Made by a program: the position numbers and the translations under genes. Source: Octopus sinensis (taxonomy: Eukaryota). From it: a DNA stretch of 64,000 nucleotides. The notes under the pieces are model-generated. The model was not told the DNA's origin, made no database searches, and saw nothing but the letters and a program-made list of their open reading frames with translations. The stretch lies in NCBI RefSeq assembly GCF_006345805.1, contig NC_043012.1:7068001-7132000 (forward strand). The letters are read 5' to 3'. This document shows, in pieces, positions 29,217 to 42,915 of the stretch (its first letter is position 1; each line of letters begins with the position of its first letter).

Positions 29217-30083
29217 ATGTATCTCTTTCATCTTGACTAACACTTGGGTTATGTTCGACTTTGAGGCGATTTAGTGGAATCGTTCTGACAGGGAGAGCTT
29301 TCATCCGTTTGCAAGCAGGTTGGCACAGACAGATACTTCTACACCTGCATACACGCATGCGTGCAAACATACACACACGCGCGCAGATATAGGTATGTGT
29401 GTTTGTGTGTGTGTATGTGTGTGTGTTTGTGTGTGTGTATGCGTGTGTGTGTGTGTGTGTTCCTATGTAGGTATGGAAGCTGAAAGAGAAAAATGGATAG
29501 ATGAGATGGCTGAATAACTTGGAAGATATACACATAAATCGATTAGTATATAATACATGTGTGTGTGTGTGTGTGTGCGTGTATGTGCGCGCGTAAAATA
29601 AAGAATCAGTATGTGTGCGCGTAAAGCAATTATTTGGCAATGACCGCTTTACTTATCTATCTATCCATCCATCTATCTATCTACTTTTCAGTCTATCTGC
29701 CTGCATGTGTATCTATCTATTTATCTATCTATCTATATATGTATGCAATTGTATGTGTGTGTGTGTGTGTGTGTGTGTGAGTGTGTGCACATATGTATGT
29801 AAGCATGTATGGATGGACGGATGTATTGATGGACGGGTGGATGCATGCATGATCGTGTATGTGCGTGTGCGTGTGTGTGTGCGTATGTGAATGGTGGTCT
29901 GTATAGAGAGGTCGAACACAAACAGAAACAGTAGAAGTGAAGTTAAAACTTCGCCAGAATACACGGAGATATGTATGTATGTATGTATGTGTATGTGTAT
30001 GTGTGTGTATGTATGTGTGTATGTATGTGTGTGTGTATGTATGTATGTATTTATGTATGTATGTATGTATGTATTTATGTGTG

Positions 30084-30115
<32 letters not shown>

Positions 30116-31124
30116 TGTATGTATGTGTCTGTGTATGTATGTGTGTGTGTATGTATGTATGCATGTATGTATGTATGTATTGTAGGGGGGATTATATCTG
30201 CGTTGATATGCATGCGTAAGAAAAAGGAATGAGATCGCGTGAGTGATAATGGGACAGCGAGATCGTAGGCGAAAGAGAAACAGTGTGAGATAGAAACAAG
30301 GAGAGAAGAACGGATTAAGAGCTGGCTAGAGATATACAAATAGACATATAGGGAGTCTCAGATGATGCGAGAGTTGAAAGGAAATTTATCGGTATTTATA
30401 GACGGGAGGAATATATTCTCCAATTATCGGTTGATTTGTCCGTGGCTTTTCAAGTCTTACCAACTCTAATCATTGCAATTAAATACGTTGGCAGGCGTCT
30501 CCTTCAGTCTGTTGTAGCCATCTTAGCGGAATAGCAATACACTCGTTGTTAAGATCTATTGTTTGAAGTGACTATCCGATGAATGTTTTCAAACTGCCGT
30601 TGCATTTCGAAGCACGCAAATTTCTTGCAGTAAGACGCTGCATGATCAGAATAAACCGAAAGAAAACGTTTCAAGAACATACGTTGTCATATTAAATGAT
30701 ACGATTTGATATCAACACATGTCATATCATAGCATCTCACATCATAGTTTATCATATAACATCGTAGTTTGTGATATTATATACAGTATTACGGTATATG
30801 ATACGTTTATATTATCTAGATCTAGTTATACCCCACCCCTTATTGCCCTGTAGTCATTTTAACCCTCACCTAACTCATTCTAAGTAATCAGGTGTGGCAA
30901 TCTGTTTAAGCTATTAACTTTGCCTGCAGTTGGATTCTTCTGATATAATTGGCAAAGTCTTCTTACACACACATGCACACATACACACACACACACACCA
31001 CACACACACACATCATATCTACCTTCCTCTCTCACTCTATCTACCTCTCTCTCTTTCGTTTGGTTCGTCTTCCTGACATGCGCAGCAAAACCTATTAGCT
31101 GCTCGGTTACTTTCACGATTTTTG

Positions 31125-31460
31125 TGGTTAAGAAGCTTGCTTCCTTGGGTTCAGTGCCAAGTGACTTCTACTCTGACCCCGAGCTGATCAAAACCTTGTG
31201 GGTGGATTTTACACACGAAAGCATACATGTATGTCTATGTGTATGTTTGTGTGTGTGTGTTTATATGTGTGTTTGGTTGTCCACTGCCACCGCTTGACAA
31301 CCGGTGCTGCTTTGTTCATGTCCCCGAAACTTAACAGTTCAGCAAAATAGTCCCTGGCTTTAAAATAAGTATTGGATGCGATTTTTTCGACTAAACCCTT
31401 CAAGGTGGTGCCCCAGCATGGCCGTAGCCTAATGACTGAAACAAGTAAAAGAATAAAAAA
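31125..31460 (+). mobile_element. SINE type A
   Basis: GTGGTTAAGAAGCTTGCTTCC head; tail GGTGGTGCCCCAGCATGGCCGTAGCCTAATGACTGAAACAAGTAAAAG. Confidence 0.85.
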
Positions 31461-31734
31461 TAAATGCTTTCACTGAATCCCTCAAATGTCGTTTACTTAA
31501 CAGAATATTGTGTAATGATAGAAGTTGTAATAATGACTCACACGCACACATACACACACATACACATATATATACACATACACATATATACACACATACA
31601 CACTCATATATACGCATACACATGCACATACACACACATATACACACATACATATATACAAACACATCCACATACACACATACACAAACACATATACATA
31701 CACACACACACATATATATATATATATATGAAAA

Positions 31735-33095
31735 AACAAGTCAAAAATAGAAAATGCTAAGATAATTTTATAGTGAATCTTTCAGTACCGGTTTCGGTCA
31801 TTTTGAGACCTTTTCAACTGTAACGATTAAATAATTAAATTTAGAAAAATTAGAAGAAAAGTTTTTTTAAAGGAATATTTCTATAGTAGTGTTCAGATAT
31901 AAGTAGCATTCTGCCTTTCTCTGACTCCCTTGTTTGCACTTGTGTGTTCGGGGTCGTTGTGAGTTCTTGGTAGGGTAGGTGAAGAATAAGGAGGCTGATG
32001 TAGAGAGGGGGTGGGGAAATCTGGGAATGCCTTGATGGTCGTATTTTGAATGGTCAGTGGCTGACAGTAGTCGCAGTTCAATTCAGGAATTGTTTATGGA
32101 ATTTGCGTAGGCGTTATACTGAAAGACATTAGTGACAAGGTTAAGGGGTAGAAGGTGGAGAAGTAGAAGAAGAAGAAGAAGAAGATGACGATGTTGATGA
32201 TGATGATGATGAAGAAGAAGAAGACGAAGAAGGAGAAGATGATGGTGATGATGGTGGTGATGATGATGACGACGATGATGATGATAATGATGATGATGAA
32301 GAAGAAGAGGAAGAAGAAGAAAAAAACAGAGAAGGGAGAATATGAATGGGTGAAAGTATAGCTGTAATGGGGCTGATTAGTAATGGATTCTATGGAGTGT
32401 AATATTTGTGTGTGTATATATTTCTTTTATTCTAAAGTTGAGGTATATTAATTATTTGTCGTAGACCCGTTAAGAAGTGGCCTGTATTTTATAATAAAGA
32501 GATTTTCTTTACTTATTCGTTGTCTCGAGGTTGTATCGTCCCTAAATTGGTAGAGGGGGAAAATCCTGAAGTTTGGTGTTTTTTTGTTGGCGCAAGTATC
32601 TATGTGTTGGCTAAAAGCTATTTTTCTGTTTTGGGGAATTTTTATCTGAGATCTGTGCAGGGCCATTCGTTTACGCAAACCATTTTTTGTTTGGCCTATG
32701 TACTGCTCTTGACACCCGGCGCAGGTTAGTGAGTATATTAGGTTCTCCGAAGCACATGTAAAGTTGCTTTTCACTGTAAACCGTTGTCCCTATTTGAAGG
32801 AGAACTCTGATCCCTCAATTAGATAGTCGCATATCCCGCAATTGGGTCTTCCACATTTTTTTTACTGTCGGCTTCTGTGTTGAAGAGTGAATTCGGGCTT
32901 GTGTTAGGAGACTTTTCATGGATCTAGGCTGTCTTTTGCTTTTTATGACCGTGTGTGTTTGGAGGATTGTGTTCATTCTGTGGTCTTTTTTTAGGAGGGG
33001 TATGTTGTGGAGGATGGTGCCGAAGGCTTCGTTATTGAGAGGGTTGTGTGTGGAGATGTATGGTAAGGCTTTTGGTTGTAAGTTTTTCTTTGATT
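31735..33095 (-). mobile_element. Penelope-like element 3' part with GIY-YIG endonuclease
   Basis: CGRPNCGIC zinc motif, then SNFTCASENLIYSLTCAGCQEQYIGQT..LRKRMALH...R..KENLFI..YRPLLN (32448-32774); frameshifted; (TA)n on both sides. Confidence 0.92.
31783..31820 (-). ncRNA. Minimal type I hammerhead ribozyme candidate (U3-A8 core variant)
   Basis: Minus: cag-TTGAAAA-ggtc-tcaaaat-gacc-GAAA-ccggT-A-ctg. Stem I 3 bp, stem II 4 bp, palindromic stem III ACCGGT, GUA cleavage triplet; located in the Penelope terminus. Confidence 0.7.
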
Positions 33096-33439
33096 TATAT
33101 ATATATATATATATACACACACGCATAGGTATATGCAAGAATATGTATGAATATGTATGAATATAATCGCATTCTTATTCTTTTATTGTTACTTGTAGCT
33201 GCCATACTGGAGCACCGTCTCAAACTGTTTAGTCCAACAAATCAACCGTAATGTTTACTTTTAAACCGGCTAATTTTTCTATCGATCTCTTTTGCCGAAG
33301 TGTCTGGAGCGCTACAGCAAATACATCGATGTCAACGCATTATACTTCGGAAGATATTAAAGTTTTGTACTTCATTGAAATTCATAAATGTCTCTTCTAA
33401 AAAGCTCTTAAAAATTCTAGAATGCACCTTATATCTTGT

Positions 33440-33479
33440 ATTTCAATATTTCGGCGTTAGAAGACCTTATTCAAGAAAT
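33440..33479 (-). ncRNA. Degenerate hammerhead-like fold
   Basis: Minus: atttc-TTGAATA-aggt-cttctaac-gcc-GAAA-tat-T-gaaat. 5-bp stem I and palindromic ATAT are intact; core position 8 is non-canonical. Confidence 0.4.
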
Positions 33480-33516
33480 CTCTGCTCTGTACTATATATA
33501 TATATATATATATATA

Positions 33517-33721
33517 GTTAATCCAAACATGAAACCACAAAGAAAAAACACAACAACGCGAGGACGTCGAACAAATATAGCATTATTGGATGCTCAGGAA
33601 GGAAGGGAAGGAGGGTTTAATGTTTCGAGCGGAGCTCTTCGTCGGAAACATAGGAGAAGGAAAGATCCAGAGAAGGGAAGACACAGGGGAAAAAATCGCC
33701 AACGGTACACAAGCGGTCACA

Positions 33722-33725
<4 letters not shown>
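33517..33725 (-). mobile_element. Penelope-type terminal fragment between (TA)n tracts
   Basis: Homologous to 1609-1790; minus CCGACGA-a-gag-ctccg-ctc-GAAACATTA-aac degenerate hammerhead. Confidence 0.6.
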
Positions 33726-33763
<38 letters not shown>

Positions 33764-34920
33764 AGGGATGTATATTCCTCACAGACTATACATACTGCTT
33801 GATTTTTCTCCTTCTCTCTAGTATCCATATCTTTTTTTTCAGATGGATGCATTGCCAGACTGTTGGTAAAATTGCTAGAACTCCGCAAGACGACAACGAC
33901 AACAGCAATAATTATAATAATAAAACTAATATTAATAATGATTTACATTAATAAAAATTGAAAGAAAAAAAATCAATGAAAATAGATCAACAACGAAATA
34001 AAAATAATAATAATAATAAACTAAAAATACTGAAAATAAATCACTGATAGTCAAGATTTTCCCCTGGCAATTTATAAAATCGATAATTACAGTTATAAAT
34101 CTGTTTGAAATAGTCTAATGAGAAACTCTCTCTCTCTCTCCGTCTCTCTCTCTCTCTCCGTCTCTCTCTCTCTCCGTCTCTCTCTCTTTCTCTTTCTCTT
34201 TCTCTGTGATATTGTATTGACTGTTTGCTGGTGGAATTTACAATTAAGATTAATCACTAACAAAATCAAATCGACAGAAACCTCTCCGTTAACCCTCGAT
34301 TGTGTCACTTACCTTCGAAATATGATTAAATATGACGTTATTGTGTAATGAGAGCAGTGGAGCAGAAATCTGCTTCCGGTGATCGAAAGCTGTGGTTAAT
34401 GATTTGTTTGTTTGTTTAATTATTAGAAAGCCAGAGAAGATTGTTATAGCTGTTGCTGTTGATATTTTATCGGTTTACTCTCCAGGAAGGTGTTCTGTCC
34501 ATGACCCGACCTCACATGACCATCAGAGCCGATTAGATCGATGCATAATTAAAGATATTACAGGCTTGACCATCTTGACCTGATCTCAGACAATGTCCAA
34601 CATGTCCTTCAGTATTTTTAAAGACTTTAGACTGTGAATTGAGGAAAATTTTGCTGCTATTTCTAGCAGACACATAGAAACTTTTCCCATTAGTCTTGTC
34701 AGAGAATGAATGGTGGAAGGGATGGTGGATGTCAGAATTGAAAGAGCTCCACAGGACAAAACATCCTGTCAACGAGTTGCGTCACGTCACGTTGAGATGC
34801 GGAATGAGTCGATTGGGCACAGCTGTTTAGACGCTGGCGATTTGGCACCATCGACAGGACATTCAAACTGTTTTGGTGACTGTACCTTTTGACACTAGAG
34901 GCAAATACATGCTTACACGC

Positions 34921-34970
<50 letters not shown>

Positions 34971-35788
34971 AAGAAAGAGAGAGAAGGAGAGACAGACAGA
35001 TAGACGATCACACATATAGAGAGAAAAAGAGAGGGGAGAGAGATGAAGACAGAGAAGGGGAGAGGAGAAATTGGGGACAGGGAGGGAGTGACAGAGGAAG
35101 AGAAGGAGACACAAAAAGAAGGGCGGGAGGACGGGAGAGAGAGGACAAGAGAGAGGGAGAATGACTGGGAGAGAGAGCAAGAGAACGAAACATTTAAGCC
35201 TCTGATATCAACTTTGGCGTCGTCTAATCTGCGACGCCAAACAGGCTTTGCCAAAACGTCTCCTACCCTTGTGATTAAACCTCCCATCTGTAACATGCCC
35301 ACCCCACTTGATCTTAATAATGCAAAAATCTCATCAGATCCATCTTAATGTAGATAAGCAAGGAAGGTGAATTACCTGGAAGTGGCCAACGAGAAGTTTT
35401 TTTTCGATTACATTAGTGACTGTAATGAAGTAAAGTGGAAATATGATGACGTCGGTTTTCCGTCGTTCAGCGAGGAGGATTCAGTTGCATGATCTATTGA
35501 ATAAGTGTACATTATTGAATAAGTGTGGTTGAGTATTCCACAGAAAAGAGCAACCTTATAGTAATTCTCAGATAGAATCAGTCTCATTCAGTGTAAACAC
35601 TGTATGAGACAAGGCTGGGCCTTTGAACTTCAGGTTCAATACACCCGAGGGACCTAGTTTTACTCACAAGGTATGAGTCGACCGTTGGTTATAGAAAACG
35701 ACTTTTGCCTAAGTGCCACGAAGTAGGATCAAACCCGGAAGCTCGTGATTGCGAAAGTAAACTCTTTTACAAAACATTTATTTTAGAG

Positions 35789-35981
35789 CAGGAATACCCA
35801 AACTTTTTAGACCATCGACCCCTTCATGGAATCCTTGACCCCTTATCGACCCCCAGGCATGTACAAGAAAATTAATAAATAAATAACAACAATAATAATA
35901 ATAAGTAGATGTGCATTTATTAATCCCTTGAATAGTCCCATCGACCCCTAGGAGTCGATATCGACCGTTTGGAGACCCCTA
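35789..35981. mobile_element. hAT-type MITE
   Basis: Perfect 8-bp TSD TTTTAGAG (35781-35788 and 35982-35989); imperfect TIR CAGGAATACCCAAAC / GTTTGGAGACCCCTA. Confidence 0.8.
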
Positions 35982-36365
35982 TTTTAGAGTGTTACACTTA
36001 ATTTCAGTAGCGAACGCGTATAACTTAATGGTCAGGGGCAGTTCGGTTCACATTCATAGGGACATGGATTCTATATCTGAAACGGGCGGTGCGTTATAAC
36101 CTTCAGCAAGACTCTCCATTTCCCATTTCTGCATTTCCCAGATTATTTAGCGGCAAATGAGTACCAGCCGGAAACGAGTGCAGTTCTCTGTCTGTTTGTC
36201 TATCTGTCTGCCTCTCTGTCTGTCTGTCTCCCTCTCTCTCCCTCACTCTCTCATTCCTGCGTTCACATGTGGATCAAAGGTGGTAGAGGTGGGGGGACTT
36301 AGAGCGATTGTGTGTGTGTTTGTGTGACTGACACGTACACACATAAATACAGGTGTATATATACA

Positions 36366-36396
<31 letters not shown>

Positions 36397-36664
36397 ATAT
36401 ATATATATATTTATATTTATTAAAGTACAGATGAGGATATATAAACGTCAGGGGGATAGAAATATCCAAGATTAGACTGGTTGAATACCTTATAATAAAG
36501 GCACACACACTTGCCCCCCCCCTACACACACACACAAACACACATATAATAGCAGAAAACACTTGCGCAAAATGCCGCGCAGCGATATTGAACAGGAAAC
36601 CACATAGTTGTAAAGCGGGATAGATAGATATGCATATATATATATCTCGCTAAGAAGGTTTAGA

Positions 36665-36716
36665 AACCACCTGAAGAATGTCTAAGACGTGCTGACACGA
36701 AACGATCGTAGTGGTT
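36665..36716 (+). ncRNA. Type I hammerhead ribozyme candidate
   Basis: aaccac-CTGAAGA-a-tgtc-(11 nt)-gaca-c-GAAA-cgatcg-TA-gtggtt. 6-bp stem I, canonical core, palindromic stem III ACGATCGT, predicted cleavage after A36710. Confidence 0.75.
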
Positions 36717-36820
36717 ATTCATTTGTTAAATTTTAATTTATATAAATTATTTTATATTTTATGTATTGGCTTAAGTCTTTCTTTGTTTGATTTGCATAAT
36801 AGTGGTTTTGTCTCTAATTT

Positions 36821-36883
<63 letters not shown>

Positions 36884-37859
36884 TCTGCTGTAAGCCTTCA
36901 CTTCCACAGCTTAATTTAATTGGTCCTTAGTCGAAAGACACCTGTTGTTAATGTCCTGCTATTTGCATTGGTATTTTTGTACCATTTCTCCCTTGTTTTC
37001 GTATACATTCGCTGCTTTCTTCCAAGGAATCTAGTGCTTTTAGCTTAGTTTTTCCTTGGGGCTGGCCAGATTGGAGCAATCTCGAGTATAACCCGCCGAA
37101 ATTGCAAAAGTAATCTGGAACTCGACTGAGGAAAGAAAACTCCGAATAACCCGTCCTTGTTTTTCTTGTCCCTTTTTTGTATCATGTAACTGTCTGGATG
37201 TTTTGCGTTCTTGTCCCACTTTTTGCATTCCTATATATATATATATATATATATATAATAGATAGACAGACAGACAGGCAGACAGACTGACAGACAGAGT
37301 GCTAGATAGATAGATTATAGTCAAAGTGAAACTGAAACTATGTGATGCACATATTACAGTTGTTTAACCAGGCTAACCATGTAGCACAGCGCTCTGGCCC
37401 TGACCAACACGTCTTTTTCAACTGTGTATAGGACTAAGAACAATTGTTTAATGCGGTAGTTGTCACGCAAGACATATTTGGCTGCTTTTTTTTGCATATC
37501 GGGTGACCGCATAGAATGTACACCTTTTCTCTGAGGTATTTGTGATGTAAGTGAAGTTGATCAGCTATAATTGGGAATCGATGCCAGACTGTTGGTTCCG
37601 TGTTTTTGCGACTATAAAAACTACTTCAAGGAGACATTCGCATTCTAATGGACTTAGATGCGATACACACACACACGCACACACACACACACGTTACACA
37701 CACACACACGTAACACACACACAAATATATATATATATATATATACATATACACACACACATACATACGTGCACACACACACACATGTATATACGTAGTA
37801 AAATATGTGTGTGTATACATACAAAATAACATTCAAACATACACATGTGTATGTATGTG

Positions 37860-37896
<37 letters not shown>

Positions 37897-38062
37897 AGTG
37901 TGTGTATATATATATGTGTGTGTGTGTATGTATATGTATACTATATGTCGTACATGTGTGTATATGTGTGTACACCTACGTAACTAATACTGCGCACTTG
38001 GAAACGATTGGTTTGACCTAATCTATACTGTTATTTCCTCACACTACCACTTATGAAAGCAA

Positions 38063-38140
<78 letters not shown>

Positions 38141-40439
38141 CCTCCTTCCTCACACTTCACTCTTTTCATCACACTCCTCATCACTCTCTCTCTCTCCCAA
38201 CACGTTTAGCCAATCGCTTTCAATCTATTCACTTCCTGTTCGCTTCTACCAGCCATGACATTACGACATTGTGAAAGCACTTTCATTTTGACTGTTTCAC
38301 ACCTCGCGACAGCAAAACTCACCAGTTTCTATGGCCTACTGATTAGTTTGACATCACCTATTTCTCCAGTGTTTCAAAATCTGTCTCGTATTACACAAGA
38401 TGAGGAAGAGATTCGAGGATTGCAAAAGACTCAGCTTCTGTTTCGCCATCATTGGGCTGGGATAAATGAGAGAACTATGAGAAGCTGTGAATTATTAAGT
38501 CGCCAAAGACGATAAATTCAGAAAGGGATGATGTAATAGACACGTCCCCAGTGCAAGAAGAGATATCGTCAAAGAGACGCCAGTGATTTTAGGAATTAGG
38601 CAAGCAATGGAGGGCACAGATATATTTGATTGATTAAGGAAGTAAAGATCTCGATCCACAGGAGCTGGAAGCCACAATTGTTGATATTTTATTGAAGGGT
38701 AAACGACAGGGAGTTCGGAGCTTACGTCAGTGTAGACCTCACCTTTGCGGATAATGTGAGAGGGTGTAGCTTGTACAGCATTAACAGGTCGGTGGTAAGA
38801 ACTGAAAGATTCGTGTTTCAGACACAAACAGGATGTGTGGCTTAGATGATTAAAATGGAATCTAGATTGAAGTTTACGGATATAGAAAAAGGAAAATTTT
38901 CTTAGGTTTTACTTCTGATAGTTGGAACTTCAGGGAGGAGGAAAATTGTTCTTCGAAAGGTCATGGCATCTCTTCTTTGTCTTCTTCGTCACTGTGTGTA
39001 TTTTTCTGGTGTGATTTGGTGAATTACTTCTTTACTTCTTCGAAGAGTGCCGGCTTAAATGTCATGGATTGATCGCCGTCAGTTTTTAGTAGGGAAAAGA
39101 AAGATGTTGGTAAATTCTATAATAGTCCAGCAGAGAAGGTCCTATGGTGTTAGAAAAGCGACTTGGAAAGTACGAGGTGGGAAGGGAAACTGTTCAAACC
39201 TAACTGAACAACGAAAAGAGAAAATACAAAAAACGAAAAAGTGCCATAGATGGAAACATGTTCCCAATACCACAAGCACCAGTGATGTCCTGATCATCAT
39301 TAGACATGGAAACACTTCTTTTGGGTGTCATTCAACCGGACACCTAACCTATCTATCTACCCGAGCAGGGCAAGAAGTAACAGTTATTCTACTGGGAGAT
39401 TCACGGTCTTCTATCCTAAGATTAAGAGTGCTCTCTACACAAAGGGAATCAGCCCCATCCTCTTTAGTAGAGTTAGGATCAGGAGTAGACCAGGAGTAAC
39501 CGATTTCCTTCTCCTAGTACAGCATAACAACAACCCGCTAAAACATCTCAATTTAGACAAGCGAAGCTTACCAGACGGCAACTCTGACTGGTGTAATTTC
39601 CCGTTGGAGTCGAAGACGGAACAGGAGTTGATGAAATTGCCTAACAAATAACAAACCCCAAAACGCAAAAACACCAAGACAAGAAAGGACGAAGAAAGAG
39701 AGAAAAGAAAAAATGTAAACGAAGAAAAATTCAAAATATAGACTCAATAATCAAATTTAGCATTTAATCAAATTGAAATCAGAGATCACAGTAAAACAAA
39801 AATCTATCACAGGTTCGTAATTAGCAATGGATCGATTAGAAGAACTTTCCCGAAGACAATTCAAATCAGAATTGAATTTACAATTAAAAAAAAATCTTCA
39901 AATTGTAATTTTTTCTGTTATTACGTCGTGATTAGATGAGAGAATAAGACGGCGAGGTGGCAGAATCGTTAGCGCGCTGGACGAAATGCCAGCTGCGTAC
40001 TGGGGTCAATTAATCGATTTATCCCCTTCTCTAAAATTGTTAGCCTTGTGGCAAAATTTGAAACTTGAGAGAATATTTACTGCTGGGTGGGAAGAAGTTA
40101 GTTACGTTTCGAGATCAAATGCTGCCGGGGTGGATTTTGCTTTTTGTTATCCCCAAGGTCAATAACATAAGTACTGGAGTCGATTTAATCGCCTATATCC
40201 CTTTCCCTAAATCTGAGAGCTTGTTCGTGTCGATTTTAGAAATCAATTTAACTTATATTAATTTTAAAATGATATACCGCAATAGGAAATTTTTAACTTA
40301 ATCGATTTTCTGAAAAATATTTACAATAAAATTACCACGTACTTCGATTTTATTGAACGTTTATAACAGAATTAAATATTTCCAATAAAATCATTTCAAG
40401 TGTATTTCTCATGACTGGGTATTGGATTGTAGTAGTAAC

Positions 40440-40757
40440 TATTAGATTGTTCTGAAAATAATGGCGGCTCTAGGTGTTGTGGTTTGAAACGCAATTTTAT
40501 CTTAGTATTTTAATTATATTTTAGGTGAATTTCGACATATTTAATAATTGATGTATGCTCTTTAATAATTTTCTACTTATTTCAAACAGAAAACATTCTT
40601 GAAACATAGGGTCCCTTAATTATGGACATGACAAAAAAAGGACCTTCGCTTATTTTTCTTGCACGAGTTCAAGCTTGGGCACAATGCTTCTGAAATTATG
40701 TTTCTGTGTTTTCCTGATCTTTCTGAAATCGGCCATTATTTTCGGAACAACCTAATA
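40440..40757 (+). mobile_element. Internally deleted mariner element
   Basis: TIRs TATTAGATTGTTCTGAAAATAATGGC / GCCATTATTTTCGGAACAACCTAATA; residual N-terminal peptide MTKKDLRLFFLHEFKLGHNASE. Confidence 0.85.
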
Positions 40758-42376
40758 CAATAACGAGGAGATATAATACGTTTCGGGCAGCGTGATTTCA
40801 AATTAAATGACTAACGAACTAGGGGCCCTGTATATGTTCATTAATGTAATAGTCATTAACGTAACGGTCATTAATTAGTGAAGTGGTCTTGTTTTACTTG
40901 TTTATTCCATGCTATCTTCTCGAAGTGCCTTTACCTTATGGGAAAGAAAATCATCAATTTTAAGTCTTGTCTTTCATACATCTGGTGTTACGATTTTGAA
41001 AGAATTCTGCTTCCACAAATTTCATTTTTTCTCTTTTTACACATTTCAGGCCCAGTTTTATGCTCCTTTCGTTTCCCATGAAGTAGTGCTAGATATTTCG
41101 CCTAATATTCTTAATTCTTTTTGTTTTCTTTGATGCTACGATAAAAATGCGATTAGCGCAAAATTGACTTTGTAGAAAGACAGGATCGGCAACAGAGTTC
41201 CGTCATTATGAGTGGAGATTCATGTCTGTCTGGACATGAGTTAAATATTATAAGATGCGATATCAATAACATTGAAGATAAATTTCGAAAACACGCAGCT
41301 TCCTCATTGTCGTTTCATTTCATCACATCTGAAATTCGAAAATGTTTCGTCTTCCAGAACCAAACATTCTTTATAATTTGCTTTTGATGTTATTCCATAT
41401 TTATTGAAAAAAAAAACTAGCAAATAAATAATCCTGTTTTTGTTTACTTTTCGAAAATAAAAGACATTTTCTTATATGAAATGACTTATCTTTAATAATT
41501 CTGAAGCTTAGGGTCAACTAGAACGACAGTTTTGTAAAAGGGAAGCAGAAATCGATAAAAATCCCTTCTTGAAATTTTGTTTGGAGGGATCTAGTCGATT
41601 TCATCAACCTCAGTGTTAAACTGATAACTCATTTTATCGACCCCCTAAATGATGAAAGGCCGAATTTGAACTCAGAACATAAAGAAAGGCGAAATGCCGA
41701 TCAACATATCTGTGTGGCACGCTAACGATTCTGCTAGCTCGCCGCCTCATCAATTCAATTATGATAAAAATAATTGTTGATAAACATTTCATAAACGAAT
41801 CCTTTTAAGTTCTGTGTTCAAATCCCGCAGATGTCAACTTTGTATTTCATCCTTTCTGGGTCTATGGAATAAGCACCAGTTGAACACTGGGGTTGATGTA
41901 ATCTATTGTCCCTTCCCCCAAAGTTTCAGGCCTTGTGCCTAGAGTAGAAAGGATTATTATTAACATGGTGTATTAGCAGAGTCGTTAGAGAGTCGAAGAA
42001 AGTGCTCAACGACATTTCTTCTGGGCTCAAATATCGCCGAGGTCAACTTCACTTTTCATTCTTCGAGGATTCGATAAAATGGAATAACATCCAAGAACTG
42101 GGAACGGTCTGATAGGTTTGGCCCCTCATCTAAAACCGCTGCCCTTGAGCCTAAATTATTATACTGTAATGTGTTTTCTTTTTGCATGGCACTATTGCCC
42201 AAGGTTCCCGTGGTATTTTTCCGTAGGATTTTCTATCCACGGACGAACCTAATCTGTTTTCCCTTTTTATATTGACATTTCTGAGATACACGATCCCTGC
42301 GTGGCCAATAAAGAAATCTATTAATCTCTTTTCTGTTTTTAAATTTCATTTTCAAGGATCATTAGAAATTAATGGT

Positions 42377-42915
42377 GGAGGTGCAATGGTCCAGTGGTAA
42401 GGGCAGCGGACTAGCGGTCGTAGGAACGCAGTTTCGATTCCCAGACCGGGCGTTGTGAGTGCTTATTGAGCGAAAACACCTAAAGCTCCACGAGGCTCCG
42501 GCAGGGGGTGGTGGTGAACCCTGCTGTATTATTTCACCACAATTTTCTCTCACTCTTTCTTTCTGTTCCCGTTGTATTTGTTTTTCAAAGGGCCAAACTT
42601 GTCACACACTGTGTCATGCTGAATCTCCCCGAGAACTACGCTATTTATGGAGCGAAAACAGCTAAAGCTCCACGAAGCTCCGGTAAGGGGTGGTTGAACC
42701 CCGCTGTAGACTTTCACCACAACTTTCTCTCTTTCTTCTTGTTTCTTTTGTACCTTTATTTCAAAGGACCAGCCTTGTCACACTGTGTCACGCTGAATCT
42801 TGACGAGAACTACGTTAAGGGCACACGTGTCTGTGGAATGCTCAGCCACTTGCACGTTAATTTCACGAGCAGGCTGTTCCGTTCATCGGATCAACTGAAA
42901 TCCACGAGAGGTTAA
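42377..42915 (+). mobile_element. SINE type C with internal ~180-bp tandem duplication
   Basis: Head GGAGGTGCAATGGTCCAGTGGTAAGGG...GTTTCGATTCC; unit starting GAGCGAAAACA at 42468 and 42650. Confidence 0.85.

Noticed and set aside
35190-35490. Protein-like open frames on both strands in unique sequence
   Set aside because: No consistent splice-site and frame combination and no recognisable domain.
38930-39760. Possible divergent LINE ORF1 fragment
   Set aside because: Resemblance to the Tx1 ORF1 pieces is too weak to support by eye.
42377-42450. tRNA gene-like sequence (also at 8170-8242, 56440-56518, 57952-58040)
   Set aside because: A/B-box-like motifs are present, but no complete cloverleaf is evident and each continues into a multi-copy SINE body.
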